Positions 51,239 to 63,380 of a stretch of DNA of 64,000 bases are shown in pieces (position 1 is the stretch's first letter; each line of letters opens with the position of its first letter). A model generated the notes under the pieces. That model worked only from the letters and a program-made list of their open reading frames with translations, was not told the origin of the DNA and did not search any database. The translations under genes were made by a program, and so were the position numbers. The DNA comes from Hydrolagus colliei (Eukaryota), in assembly GCA_035084275.1 (NCBI GenBank), contig CM068771.1:1426001-1490000 (forward strand), in the 5' to 3' direction.

Positions 51239-51281
51239 CTGCAATCACACACAGAAACACGCTCACAGTGAAGCGATTCAT
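51239..51281 (-). CDS. Leader (signal peptide) exon of the two-V-domain IgSF receptor (MNRFTVSVFLCVIA)
   Basis: ATG at 51281, a hydrophobic core, and a perfect donor GCAG|GTAAGT at 51238. The 43-nt phase-1 exon is in frame with the V1 exon (…VIAG-GKTEPHLVQSP). Confidence 0.75.
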
Positions 51282-54200
51282 GCTCGTTTCAGTGATGCTT
51301 ATGCTCGATGTTACGAGATGTAGAGAAACTGTCCAGATGTACCTCAGTCAATTTCCCTCTCGCTGTTCATGCATTATCCTTCACGAAAAAAGGAAGGAAC
51401 CAGAGAGGGAGGCAGAGACTGGTCTAGCCTATCACGGCAACACAGACCACAACAAATCAACATCTGTTTTATTGAAACTAACCACAACCCAGTGAAAGAC
51501 TTTCCCACAGTAATCTACAGCAACATTTTGTTTGTGCTGGTGCTCCCTCCCACCTGGAGCCCTCTAGTCTGCCCAATTCCCTGCTCTCCGCATGATGTCC
51601 ATGCTGGTGTTTGCTCCCTGTTGGATCTTTCTACTTTAATCACATTCCTTGTTCTCTCCAACATCCATTAATATTAATAATATCAAGCCATTCCCTATTG
51701 ATTTCCAAAGGCTGTTACAAATCCACCTTTAACAATCACAATATCTTTTTGATGTCTCAAAATGCTTCACAAAATATACTGTAAAGTGAATTGACTGTAC
51801 ATTGGTGGGCAAATCATGGCAGCCAATTGTGCACAGCAATGGCTTGAGTAATCGATTTAATACATTGTCTTCCTTTTCTTGAGGGATTATTCTGAGGTAT
51901 ACAGTGTAAGGAAACTTGCCCAAGGTTTTGCCCATCCGGGAATCAAACCCAGATCTCTAACTTGCAAGGTGCATGCTCTTACCACTGAGCTACAGGATTG
52001 CACAAATATACAGTATTAATTGTCGGCCATTTTAATAAGCAAATAGTCTTCTCCGTTGAAACTAGAGTGTAGATTTTCTGCTTAACCTAGCAACAGAGAG
52101 AAAGCCTAAAATGGTCCCCATCAGCCATTGAAGTTATAAACATGATGATATACCCTGTGTTGATGTTGTACAAGTGGGTACGGTACGATTTTACACTATC
52201 TCTATGTTTCTAGGTAAACAATCAAGAGGGAAGGCTGAATTGAGCAGAATAGCCAGAGTATCCAATACGATCCACACAATTATTCATATTGTGATCATAT
52301 TACTTGAAATAAACTTTGTTTCTGGTTCCCTACGTTTAGAATACAACTGTTGTTCACCATCAAACTTGTAAGCCCTTTGGAAGGTCAATGTTGACCTGTT
52401 TACCTCCCAGTGTATCTTTTTATCCCTCTCCTCACAGACCTCATCAACCTCTCCCTGCCCACAAACCTTCATAACGAGCTATCATCTCCCCAATCTTCAA
52501 AAAACCCTCTCCTAGATCCATCGCTAACTCAAGTTAACTATCCGTCTCCAACTTTCCTAGGTCCTTAAACAATTTGTTGTTTCCATCTGAGTTCCTTCCT
52601 ACCCAGGCATTCCTGATACTCATCCCTCCAATCATGTTTCTATGCTGCCCACAGCACATACACAGCCCTGGTCAAAATTTGGTAACCTGTGATATGGCTC
52701 CCTCTGTCTCCTCGATCCCCTTGTTGTAGAGTAGAAAACTACTCTATCCCCCTCCACCATCTTCACCTCTCACCTCACCATATTATTATTACTAACTTTC
52801 AAGATTCTGTCCTTGCATGGTTCAGAGCTGCCTCTCATATTTTTATTTGTCTCAACAAACGGCTTTTTCACCATCTCCTCCAACATTGCTCAGTTTTCGG
52901 TTACCTCCTCTTCAACTACTAAACGTTACCTTTTCATTACTTCATCCACAGATATGGGATCAAAATCAATATGCAGGCAGATGACACCCAACTCAATCAG
53001 TATCTACCCTCGACACCAATACCACTGCGGTGTCCTGGCAGAATGTCTATCTGACACCAAGACCTGGATGAGAGCTAATTTTCTATAGTTGAACATCAAC
53101 TCAGGAATATCCAATTGACTGTTGTAATTAACTCCACGTCAACAACAATAGCAACAAAATTACACTTGTATAGCGCATTTCATGCCAGAAGGACATCCCA
53201 CCATTCAAAGATGCACATTCCTCTCGCTGAGCGGTACCTAACCTTGGCATCTTGCTTGAGTTTTAAGTATATGAGTATATAGGATATTAAGTATATACTG
53301 TACCTGCTTACATACTATGATCTGCTCTGTCTACCTCTAGCTCTGGAACATCGCCCTGCTCTCCCATTGCTGCAAATCTCAGGCCACTGAAAACTTAATT
53401 CACTCATTCATCACAACTAGGTTCGATTATGCCAAATCCCTACTTGTGGAGCTTCCCAACTCTTCATTCCACAAGGTGCAGACCATCTAGAACTCTGCAC
53501 CAACAATCAGAACTCTATCCCACATTTCCTTCACATTGACCTCTATTTTCCATCCTTCAATTCACGTTTCAAGTTTCCCCTTTCGACCACATCTTTGGTC
53601 ACCCTCCTCCCATCCAGCCCTCCACCCACCATGCCTCCACCCCCACTCCCATCCAATCTTGGTCATGTCCAATTTTCTGACAGTCTTGGGAGGTTCTCTC
53701 AAATTAGAAGGCACTCTACAAATTATATTCACTGATGCAATTCCAATGCTTGATTGAAGTGTCACCTGTATGAAGTCCAGAAAGTCCAGATCAACATCGT
53801 CCCATACATTCTGAATGGCTTACATGTTTGATGCTGAACAACAGATTTCCTGAAAGTGTATGGTACTTGAAACAAAGTTTATTACAAGGTTCAAATAATT
53901 ATATTGGACGTTAATACCATCGAGTCTAGAGATGAAAATGATTTATTAAAACAACCCAACATTACTACTGAGCAAGGCTGACATAAGTGAGGCTGACAAA
54001 CCCTGCTTCACTGGTTTTCTTCACACAGGCTGTTCCACCATTGCTGGCCAAGTTTGAAACCTCTGTACTCTTGCTCTCTGAAAATCCCTCCCAAAATCCC
54101 TTGCTTTGTACAAGGTACAAGATTGTTCAAAGCAATCTTAACCTCTATCGTATCTGACTGGGACCATGAGTTCTCCAGGCTCAGTTTTCTGAGAAGTTCA

Positions 54201-54873
54201 GCTGATATCAAAAACATTTAAACATTTTGCTTGTGGATGAAAATATTCTATTTGCACAGTTTGTGTGAAAACTTCCCCTCAGCACAAACCTAACCAAAAA
54301 GTGCCACACCAAACACCACATTTGAAAATATTTAAACAGTTGTGGTCTGTGCTTTGCTGGCATCTCAGCCCATTCTCTTCCTTTGGCCGTTCCTTCCTCT
54401 TTATAGGAGGAAGTTCACACGCTCCTGGAAGAGGGAAGTTAACTGAGACATTTTCTGCATTATTTAATATGTAATGTGAGTATCGCTGAAAAGCGAACAA
54501 ATATCTTCATGTGAGCCTGCTCCTCTGTTTTACAACACATACGTGAGTGAGCAAAGGGAGGCAGTGAGTCAGACATTGATTGATTGAGTGATGGAGTGAG
54601 GGAATTAGTAACATTTGTTCTTTCATGTACACCACCTGCCCAAGCCATGAAGATAGTCTTGATCTGAAACTGTGGGATGAGATAAGGAAAGCAATTGGCA
54701 AAAGACCCATCATGGTAGTGTGAGATTTTACTTTACCAATTCATAAATACCAGTATTTAGTGGCATTCGTCAAACTCATTGTACTGCCTTGCACTTAGGG
54801 GCATTCTATAAGGCATGCGAAGCGAAACTGAAATTTTGCATATAAGCCTCTCAAAAGGAAACATATTAGTCTT

Positions 54874-55795
54874 TCAAGACTGGAGAAAGGCTTCTCCTAC
54901 AAATGGATAATAACAAGGGGTGAGACATTGTGTGAAATGTAGTGCTGAATTGAAGCTGCAAAGTGAGACTGTGTCACCACCCCACCCCCTCCCATTTCTT
55001 ATGCCCCTGGTGACTTTCCCTTCAAAAAATGGGTTGCGTTTAAACTCTAGGCAGAGCTGTACCTGACGGTGGTTTTTAAATAAATCTGACATTTAAACTC
55101 TGGATACAGAGGCTGATTATCTCAACTGGGTGTCCCAAAGTATACCATGCAATCCCAAACTACAAGCAACTAAGTCACTGGAGTGGATGGCAAAGAACAC
55201 TGCAGCAGAGACAAACCAGCCAAAGATGTTTGCAGCCAGAAGCAAGTCGGAGACTGTGTTTAATTCTTGGGCCTGCCACAGAACCACACTATGAGTCCTT
55301 TGACCAACTCCTTGACTATTCGGTGGTATGTTTTCTACTGGAATTCCCTTCGTCACTCCCTTCACCTCGCCCCCCTCTTTTCTCAGCTTCAGGTCCCACC
55401 TGAAGACCTTTCTCTTCGACCGTGCCTCTGGTCACCTTCCTCCCCCTTCCTCTGGCCCGGTCCAGGGTTCGGCTATTGTGAAGTGCTCTGAGACGCCGTC
55501 CAGCGTGCAGGGCGCTATATAGATCGAACTTGTTGTTGTTATATCTGTAAGGAGTATGGGGACTGGGCACAGACTTGTCCACAGCAGCACAAGTGACACA
55601 CCCATGCGCAAGAGACACAGTTGCCAAATAGATGGTCCATCTTTTCCTTCTTACGAAAATGTTGTCGAGTGGTTTACACAGTTTCAAAATTCACAGAACT
55701 TTGATTGTTACTCCAATGACACTGATAAAAGTCCAGCTGCAGCACAGCGTAAACAGGTTGATGTAATTGACACACAGCCGAGACACCTTGCCATC
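54874..55795 (-). pseudogene. Decayed class A GPCR (chemokine/chemoattractant-receptor-like) pseudogene interrupted by an L2 3' fragment
   Basis: Collinear remnants: TM1-TM2 (TFISVIGVTIKVL*IL...RRKRWTIYLATVSLAHG, 55540-55795), TM3 (VSDLLLAANIFG..SAAVFFAIHSSD, about 55150-55300) and TM7/helix 8 (LHFTQCLTPCYYPFVGEAF, about 54880-54960; compare CCR-type CLNP..YAFVGEKF). There is an in-frame stop at 55691-55693, and DRY and TM4-6 are not recognisable. Confidence 0.6.
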
Positions 55796-56339
55796 TTTTC
55801 CTCCCTTTTTCCCTTAATCCCACTTCCATGATTGTTTGTGGGACACTGCTGTGCGCAATTTGGTTGCTGGGTTTCGCCCACAAATATGCAATCATTTTCC
55901 TACTCTTCTTCATCCTGCCCCGATCCTTCCCCACCCCGTTCTTGTCCCTACCAAACTGCACAGTGCCTTGGGACGTCCTCTCAACACGACAGGCTCTATA
56001 TAAATGTAATTTTTGATTGATTGATATTACAATAAAACAGACAATCTCTCTGTGTGACGTGCGAGCTGTGATGTCAGCAGTAACTGTGATGTGATGTGAG
56101 ACACGACACAGAATGAGGAGGAGATACAGGAAACTCTAGATGGATGTAGACACATCCCACCGAACACGTCCCCCCAACCATGAACCAATTGAAAGCTCTG
56201 ATTGCGTTGGCGGATGATTTGAAAAGGACCAATGGGGGAGAGCGCTTGGGTGGGGGGAGAGAGGGACAGTGGCGGGGGCGTTGGGGGAGAGAGGGACGGC
56301 GGGGGTACGACGACAAACATGTGGGGGGAGATGTGATAA

Positions 56340-56485
56340 TATACAGATAGATAGATTAGATAAGGATAGATAAGAATAGATAAGATTAGATCAGGATAGA
56401 TGTAGATAGATATAGATAGATCAGGATAGATATAGATAGATCAGGATAGATAGAGATAGATAGTGATAGATAGAGATAGATAGAG
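56340..56485 (+). repeat. (GATA)n-type microsatellite running into an assembly gap
   Basis: Degenerate GATA/GATAGA repeats ending at the N run. Confidence 0.95.
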
Positions 56486-56646
56486 NNNNNNNNNNNNNNN
56501 NNNNNNNNNNNNNNNNNNNNNNNNNNNNNNNNNNNNNNNNNNNNNNNNNNNNNNNNNNNNNNNNNNNNNNNNNNNNNNNNNNNNNNNNNNNNNNNNNNNN
56601 NNNNNNNNNNNNNNNNNNNNNNNNNNNNNNNNNNNNNNNNNNNNNN
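56486..56646. other. Assembly gap (N run)
   Basis: A run of N. Confidence 1.
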
Positions 56647-57409
56647 ATGTGAGAGAGGAGAGAGACACAGACAGAAAAACACAGAGATGGAGAGAGTGAG
56701 TGTGAGAGACACACACACAGAGAGAGAGATATTTACCTCCTGAGGAGATAGGCCCCAAAGGAATGTTTGTAGAAGCCTCTCCCCATACAGGAGGGAGCAT
56801 CAGAGTGGTTTTTTTGTTGGTTTGTTTTTGTTTGTTTATGGCCTGCCGTCCGGTAAGGGAAGGATGGTGGAGCTGGGATTAGCCCTTTTGTAACTGCTCC
56901 TTGTAAATAAAGGCAGCAGTGCAGAGAAGTGAAGAGGCCCTGACATATAAGTCTAGGTAACGCCCCACCTATCCTTGGCCTCGTCCGAGCCTATCTCCAG
57001 GGCGTCCCTGATGACATATTCCCAGACTCCTGCCATCACCATCCTGTAGCAGGCCGACACTGACCTATTTCCATGCCCGGAGGTGTGAGTTAATAGGCGT
57101 CTTTTATGACGGGAACTACAGGGTTTTGTTTTTGTTTCTCTCACAAAGACGGTGGATGATGCTTTTCAATGTCTGGTTATTGTTTTGCGTGGGTAGCGAG
57201 TCAGGGCCGCTGCGTATTTGCCATGGTAAAAATGTTGGTTTGTTTTGCGTGACGTGTAACGGGGATAAGTTTAAAAAAACCAATTATATGTTTTTACACA
57301 GATAAATATATTTTGTTTAAAAAAAAAGGAGAAGCTCAGACATGGCGGGGTCAGTGACAAGTGGAGCGACCACGAGCGGACAACAGGGCACTGACAGAGG
57401 GTCTGGTCA

Positions 57410-57785
57410 GTGAGAGAGCGGGAGTGTGTGAGAGGGTGAGAGGATCAGTGAGACAGTGTGTGAGAGAAGGAGAGTGTATGAGAGAGAGTGTGAGAGAGTG
57501 AATGTGAAAGAATGTGAGAGGGTGAGAGTAAATGTAATTGTGTGGTGGGTGTAAGTGTGTGACAATGTGTGTAAGTGGTTGTGTGACAGTATGTCAGTGT
57601 GTGAGGGTGTGTAAGTATTTGTGTGAGGGGGTCTGTAAGTGTGTGATGGTGCATAAGTATTTGTGTGTGGGGGGGGTGTAAGTGTGTGTGGGTGTGTGTA
57701 AGTGTTTCTGTGGGGTGCTGTAAGTGTGGTGGGGGGAGGTGTAAGTGTTTCTGTGGGGGAGGTGGTGGTGGGGGTGGGGGGGGGT
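57410..57785 (+). repeat. GT/GA-rich low-complexity tract
   Basis: Degenerate (GT)n, (GA)n and GTGTAAGT repeats; similar tracts at 34510-34680 and 48860-49160. Confidence 0.9.
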
Positions 57786-58084
57786 AAGTTTGTCACTCCG
57801 TCTCACCTTGCAACAGAATCACAGTTTTCCTGACTTTGTCCCCAGTTGTTTTTCTTTGTGGTAAATGATGTGTGAGAGACAGACAGACAGAGAGAGAGCT
57901 GCTGCTTAGGGGGCGAGGAGAAGCCTTTCTCACTTTACAGCTCTGTACATCTCCAAACTGAACTTGTCCCCCAGTTTGGTTCATTTTCATCACAATAATC
58001 ATTTTATCTGAAAGACACGATATGGCGCTCCATCTAATGCAATTACTTTTAAATAAGCAAATCTACGTTAAACGGATGCGCTGT

Positions 58085-58425
58085 GTCCATTCAACAGGAC
58101 TTGGCCTGCTCCAAGCCCCCCGCCCGAACTGCCCCACCATCGGAGGCCGGGCCTTCAGTTTCTCCGCTCCCACCCTATGGAATGCCATCCCTCAATCCCT
58201 CCGTCTCGTTTCTTCCCTTTCCTCTTTCAAGGCCGGTTTGAAGACTTTCCTCTTCGATGGTGCCTTTTGTTCCACCCCAAACTTTTTTACCTCCCCTTCG
58301 TGTTTCACCCCTTCCCAAACACTCCCCTCCCAGCTCGGGTCACACGCCTCCTGTGCAGCGCCTTGGGACGTCCTCCCGACGTGAAAGGCGCTCTATAAAT
58401 GTAATTTGTTGTTGTTGTTGTTGTG
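58085..58425 (+). mobile_element. Young L2 3' fragment
   Basis: Near-identical to 8800-9130, including the terminal and (GTT)n tail. Confidence 0.93.
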
Positions 58426-58559
58426 GGTGGGTGTGAACGTACAGGCAGCATAGGCAGTGCCTACCTTGTGAAAATAAAAACTTTAAATTGTGGATGTTTA
58501 TTTAATGGTTTATGTTTTTAGAATGCACATTTTACATAATGCAAATGATTTTTAGTAGA

Positions 58560-58900
58560 AACTACCGAATTGTTTAACTGCGATTTAATATGCCAACCTT
58601 AAAAGCAACCGAAAGGCAACAAGATGCTGTGCCTTTTTTAACCATTGAGTGTAGTTCCGATGCGCATGCCCGTTTCTTTCTCAGTAACGGGTGAAATAAG
58701 CACAAGCTGCCACTGCCTTTCCTCTTTCAATCCATTGCAATCAAGTTGAAATGTCATCTCTGCGCATGCGTATTTGCGGAACAAATGACGGAAAAAAGGC
58801 AGAGTCTCCTGCTGCCTTTGGGGGCGTGCCTATAACAACGTCATCAAGCCATGCCCCAAAAAGTTTGTATGGCTGAGGGAAGTGCCTTCGCTAGCATGTT
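58560..58900 (+). promoter_or_regulatory. Candidate TATA-less promoter upstream of the TRIM gene
   Basis: Locally CpG-enriched unique sequence with NRF1-type TGCGCATGC at 58661 and 58761, ACTACA/TGTAGT ZNF143-type motifs, CGGAA ETS cores and a CGTCA half-site, about 2.3 kb upstream of the RING exon. Confidence 0.45.
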
Positions 58901-61130
58901 ACTTGTGTGTTGTTGATGGCAAACAGGCTTGGTGGCTGAAAGGGGCATGGAAATTCTATGTTAATGTGAAGGGGGCCGAGCGGTATTAATGGGGTGTGCC
59001 AGAGCGTATGGTATTAATGGGGTGCGTGGGATTAATGGGATTCGTGAGATTAACAAAACAACAACTCACATTTATAGAGCGCACTTTACATGCGATAGCA
59101 TTGCGTAGCGCTTGTCGTGCTGCAGGACACTACCACACAAACACAAAGGAGTCTGAGTTTGGCTTTGAAAACAGTCAGAAGGTTCTTGAAATTAATCAGT
59201 TTGGTAACTGGGAGCCAGTGGACCCCAGCGAGGACTGGAGTGATGGGGATACAGTGTCTTCTTGATACGAACTGCCTTTTTTTGTCCACCTCTCAGAATG
59301 AAATATCTAAAGCCTGTGTTCAGAATGAAAGCCAGGAAGAGAGAGCCAGTGTGGAAGAAAAGCAAGGAGGCAAACAGCTAAGTGTTAAATAAATTTTACA
59401 TTCCAACAAGGAAACAGGTCATTCGGCCCAGCTGGACCATCCCAGTATTTGCTCCACTTGTTCCACTGTCCACCACTCCTTACTCCCTCTCTACTATTCT
59501 TTCACCCTCATGTATCTACGTCACTTCTTCTCAAATGCATCTCATCTACATCGCTGTATAGTTCCAATAGGCTTAATAAATGTCACCAATTGGGGGATAT
59601 TGCAGGCGCGGCACTGCCAAGCTCCCTCCCTCCCGATTACACCCAGAGACAACCCGCAGATGTGAGTTAAACCATTATGTACGTGTGTTTACTTCCATGT
59701 CATTCGTGTTCGTTTCATAGGAATGCTGAGCTGAGCAGCCAAACTGGAAGCTTGGGGCAGCCCGTCCGAGATTGAGTGCCAGTCAGTGTCACCTGTACAC
59801 AACACTGAACTCCTATAGATCAGTGGTTAGGGCACTTGCCTTGCAAGTGTAGTTGAGGTGCAGATCAGCCATGATCTAACAGAATAGCGAAACAGGCTGA
59901 TTGGGGCTGAATAGACTTCATCTGTGACTATTTTCCTATCTTCAACATTTATGGAGTCCTGTGGGTCACTGGATAGAGCACTCGCATTACAAGCGGAAGA
60001 CCTGGGATCAATTCCTGGCAGGGCGTAACCTTGGAAAACTTTCCATGTTCCACACTTCAGATAATAATCCCTCAAAAAACACAATATGTAATTGGTCAAT
60101 TAAGTCCCCGACTGTTTGTGGGACTCTGCTGTGCGCAATTGCCTGCCGAATTTCACCCACAAATATACAGTCAATTCACTTTACAGTAGAATTTCTGAAG
60201 CGCTTTGAGATGTCGATAAGATGTGAAAAGCATTATATCAAATGCAAGGATTATTATTATCCCATAGTAACTACAACAACAAATTATATTTGTGTAGCAC
60301 CTTTGATACTTGTGATATTTATCTAATAGCCATATCCCCTGGTTTCACTCTTAAGTGGCCTTGTTCTAATTTTATGTCCCCTTGATTTGGATTCCCTGCC
60401 GGATAAAATAGCTTCTCCGCATCTACCCTATCAATTCCCTTTATCATCTTAAATATGTTGAACCTCCAACTTTCTGATTCAGAGGCTAGAGTGAGACATA
60501 CAGCCAGACTGACGCACAATAACAATATTCATAGGTGCTGCTTTTAAGGATTCTGTGTACACTTCAATTATCAATCCTGCTGTTTTTATTTACTCCACAG
60601 GGGGCTGAAGCGCACAGTGTTTCAGTTGCAAAGACAACCAAGCGAGTTGAGGAGAGGCTGGGAGTAGCAGATACATGTTGAGGAAGAATGAGAGAAGAAC
60701 AGGGAAGAAAAAGATCTTCCTGACGGTGATTGTATGTGAAAAGAATCATATAGTAGCTGAGACAGGGGAGTTGAGCTGAGGAGACAGCTACCCTCAGCTC
60801 AGTTCAGCTCCCATTTTGCCACCGCTTCACCAGACCCTCTGCCTATGTCCCTCCACTATGCTGCATCTTTACCCTGAACACTTTCTTCTTGAACAGTGCC
60901 AATGGTCACCCTCCCCCCCACCCCGCATTACGCCTGGCGCAATATCAATCAATGTCATTAATAAGCCCTCCAAGACACGACCTTATAAATGTGTAAAAAA
61001 AAATCTGTGTTAACTTTGTCTTCAGGTGACTATCGCTTTAAACAGCGGATCTGTGAGCCTCCCCCACACAGACACTTCCTGGTTTCGGTCAAAGTGAAAG
61101 TTACAAACAGAGCAAAGGGCTGATGGTGAA

Positions 61131-61544
61131 ATGGCGTCTGTACAGGAATTAGAGAACATGAGAAATGAAGCTACTTGTTCGATCTGTCTGGAGTTGTACA
61201 CGGATCCAGTGATTATAGACTGTGGGCACAACTTCTGCAGAGTCTGTATTGTACAGTATTGGGGCACAGGGCAAGAAAGTGTGTCCTGTCCACAGTGCAG
61301 GCAGCAGATTGTACAGAGGAGTTTTAGGCCCAATCGCTTTATATCTAACATTGTGGCGTGTGTTCGGAGATTGAGCCTGAATCCGAGACGAAAAGAGGTG
61401 GGAAGCCAGTGTGAAGAACATGAGGAGAAGCTGAAACTGTTTTGTGAAATGGATCAAAGAGCGATCTGTGTGGTCTGTGCGAAGTCCCGTGCTCATAAGC
61501 ATCACAAAGTCATCCCCATTAAGGAAGCTGCTGAGGTCCGAAAG
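61131..61544 (+). CDS. TRIM family E3 ligase, first coding exon (C3HC4 RING plus B-box 2); remainder lies beyond the window
   Basis: CSIC...CGHNFC..C...CPQC RING and CEEH...FC..D...ICVVC..S..H..H B-box. Acceptor tcttcag at 61025, donor AAG|GTATGG at 61545, phase 0, 138 codons. Confidence 0.95.
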
Positions 61545-63380
61545 GTATGGAATTGATAATAATCCTGACAGTTCATACAGTCTTGGGAGGACGTCTCAAA
61601 CAGCTTTATAATAATCCTTGGCTTCATTATAATCCTTTAGGTCTAGTTCTAAATATAAAACGATTCCCTTTTTTAGTCGAGCAGGTGAAGCTTTCTCAAT
61701 ACGCTGTTACATTCTATGTGACTTTTTAGGAAAGACATGATATTGTGAACTCATGATATTGAGCAGCAGTATTGCCTGCCTCTAGGTCAGAGGTTGTGTG
61801 TTCAAGCCCTAACGCTGGCTGGTTTGTAGCCGTCATGTTAGGGAAATCAAAAGATTCTGAGTGGCCCTATCATCTGCAGTGATTGTAGCATTTGTACGGC
61901 ACCTTTCAGTCAGTATCCCGCACCAAGCTCCGCGACCACATCGTTCTCACCATCGCTCGACTTCATTGACTCTCCATCCCCCACAGGATCGAATTCAAGA
62001 TACTCGTCCTCACTTTCCATTCACGTCCTTGCCCCCTCCTACCTTTCTGACCTGCTGTCCCTCTATCAACCTGCCCACCTCCCCCCATACAACGTACCAC
62101 GATCTTCCATGTCCCCCGCCCTACCCACGCTGCCATCAGTGAACAGACTTTCAGCCTTTCTGTCCCCACACTCTGGACGTGAAAGGCACTGTATGAATGT
62201 AACTTTGTAGTTTATGTATTTTGTCCCTTGGGGTAGTGTTTGGGTTTTGGGCGGGTAGAGATCAATGACGAAGTATGGGTGGAGTAATGCAGAGGAACTG
62301 CGGCATCATGTTCCATCACGCTAATGGTGAGGTGGACCGGGTGAGAGCCATGGGGCAGGCCACAGCTCGATGAGCACAGGGAATGCACAGGTTGGTTGGG
62401 GTTTAGAATGTCACAGAAGTAGGGAAGAGCAAGGCCATGCAGGGCTTTCAAAGTGAGCACCAGTTTGTTGAACTGTATCCTCTATAGTAATAATCCTTGC
62501 ATTTCATATAGCGCTTTCCACATCTCAAAGTGCTTCACAGAATATACTGTAAAGTGACTCGACTGTATATTTGTGGGCGAAACGTGACAACCAATTGTGC
62601 ACAGCAGTGTCCCACAAACAGTTGTGAATTGAAAAGACAATTTTTTATTATTGTGGATTTTTAGTTATGGATTATTATTGGGTGTGTGGAGTAAGGAAAG
62701 TTGCCCCTTATCTGCCTGGATTCAAACACGCTTGTAAGGCTAGTGCTGTAACCAATGATCTACAGGAGCTCTATGTGATGGGAAGCCAGTAGAGTCAAGT
62801 GAGGATGGGTATGATAGGGTCACAGAGCCTGATGCGAGAGGACAAAGGCTGCAGAGATTCTGGATGATCTCCAGCCTATAGAGGAAGGAATTGTGGAAGC
62901 CAACAAGGAGGGAATTTGTGTAGTCGTGACTGGTTGTTATAAATTTGTGTAATAATAATAATCCTTGCATTTGATATAGCGCTTTTCACATCTTATCGAT
63001 GTCGCAAAGCACTTCACAGAATATACTGTAAAGTTAATTTGACTGTATATTTGTGGGCGAAAAGTGGCAGTCAATTGCGCAACAGCAGAGTTCAACAAAC
63101 AGTCGTGGATTGAAATTCCCAATTTTTTTTTTTTGTTTACCTATTATTAGGCATATGGAGTAAGGAAACTTGCCCAATTTTGCCCTGACCAGCCTGGATT
63201 CCAACATAGCTCTAACCACTGAGCAACAGGACTCTGGCTAAAGAGGCCAGGTCTTTCAGGACTGTGTGTCTCACACACTCTTATTCTGCTTCACTCTAGC
63301 ACTTTCTCTCACTCGCCCACAAAACAGTCACTATACTTTAGTGTGTCACACACAAAACAACCAGTCACTGCACCTTACAG

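Noticed and set aside
57407-57806. His/Thr/Pro-rich ORFs, and Cys/Val-rich ORFs at 48847-49158
   Set aside because: Translations of GT/CA microsatellite tracts.
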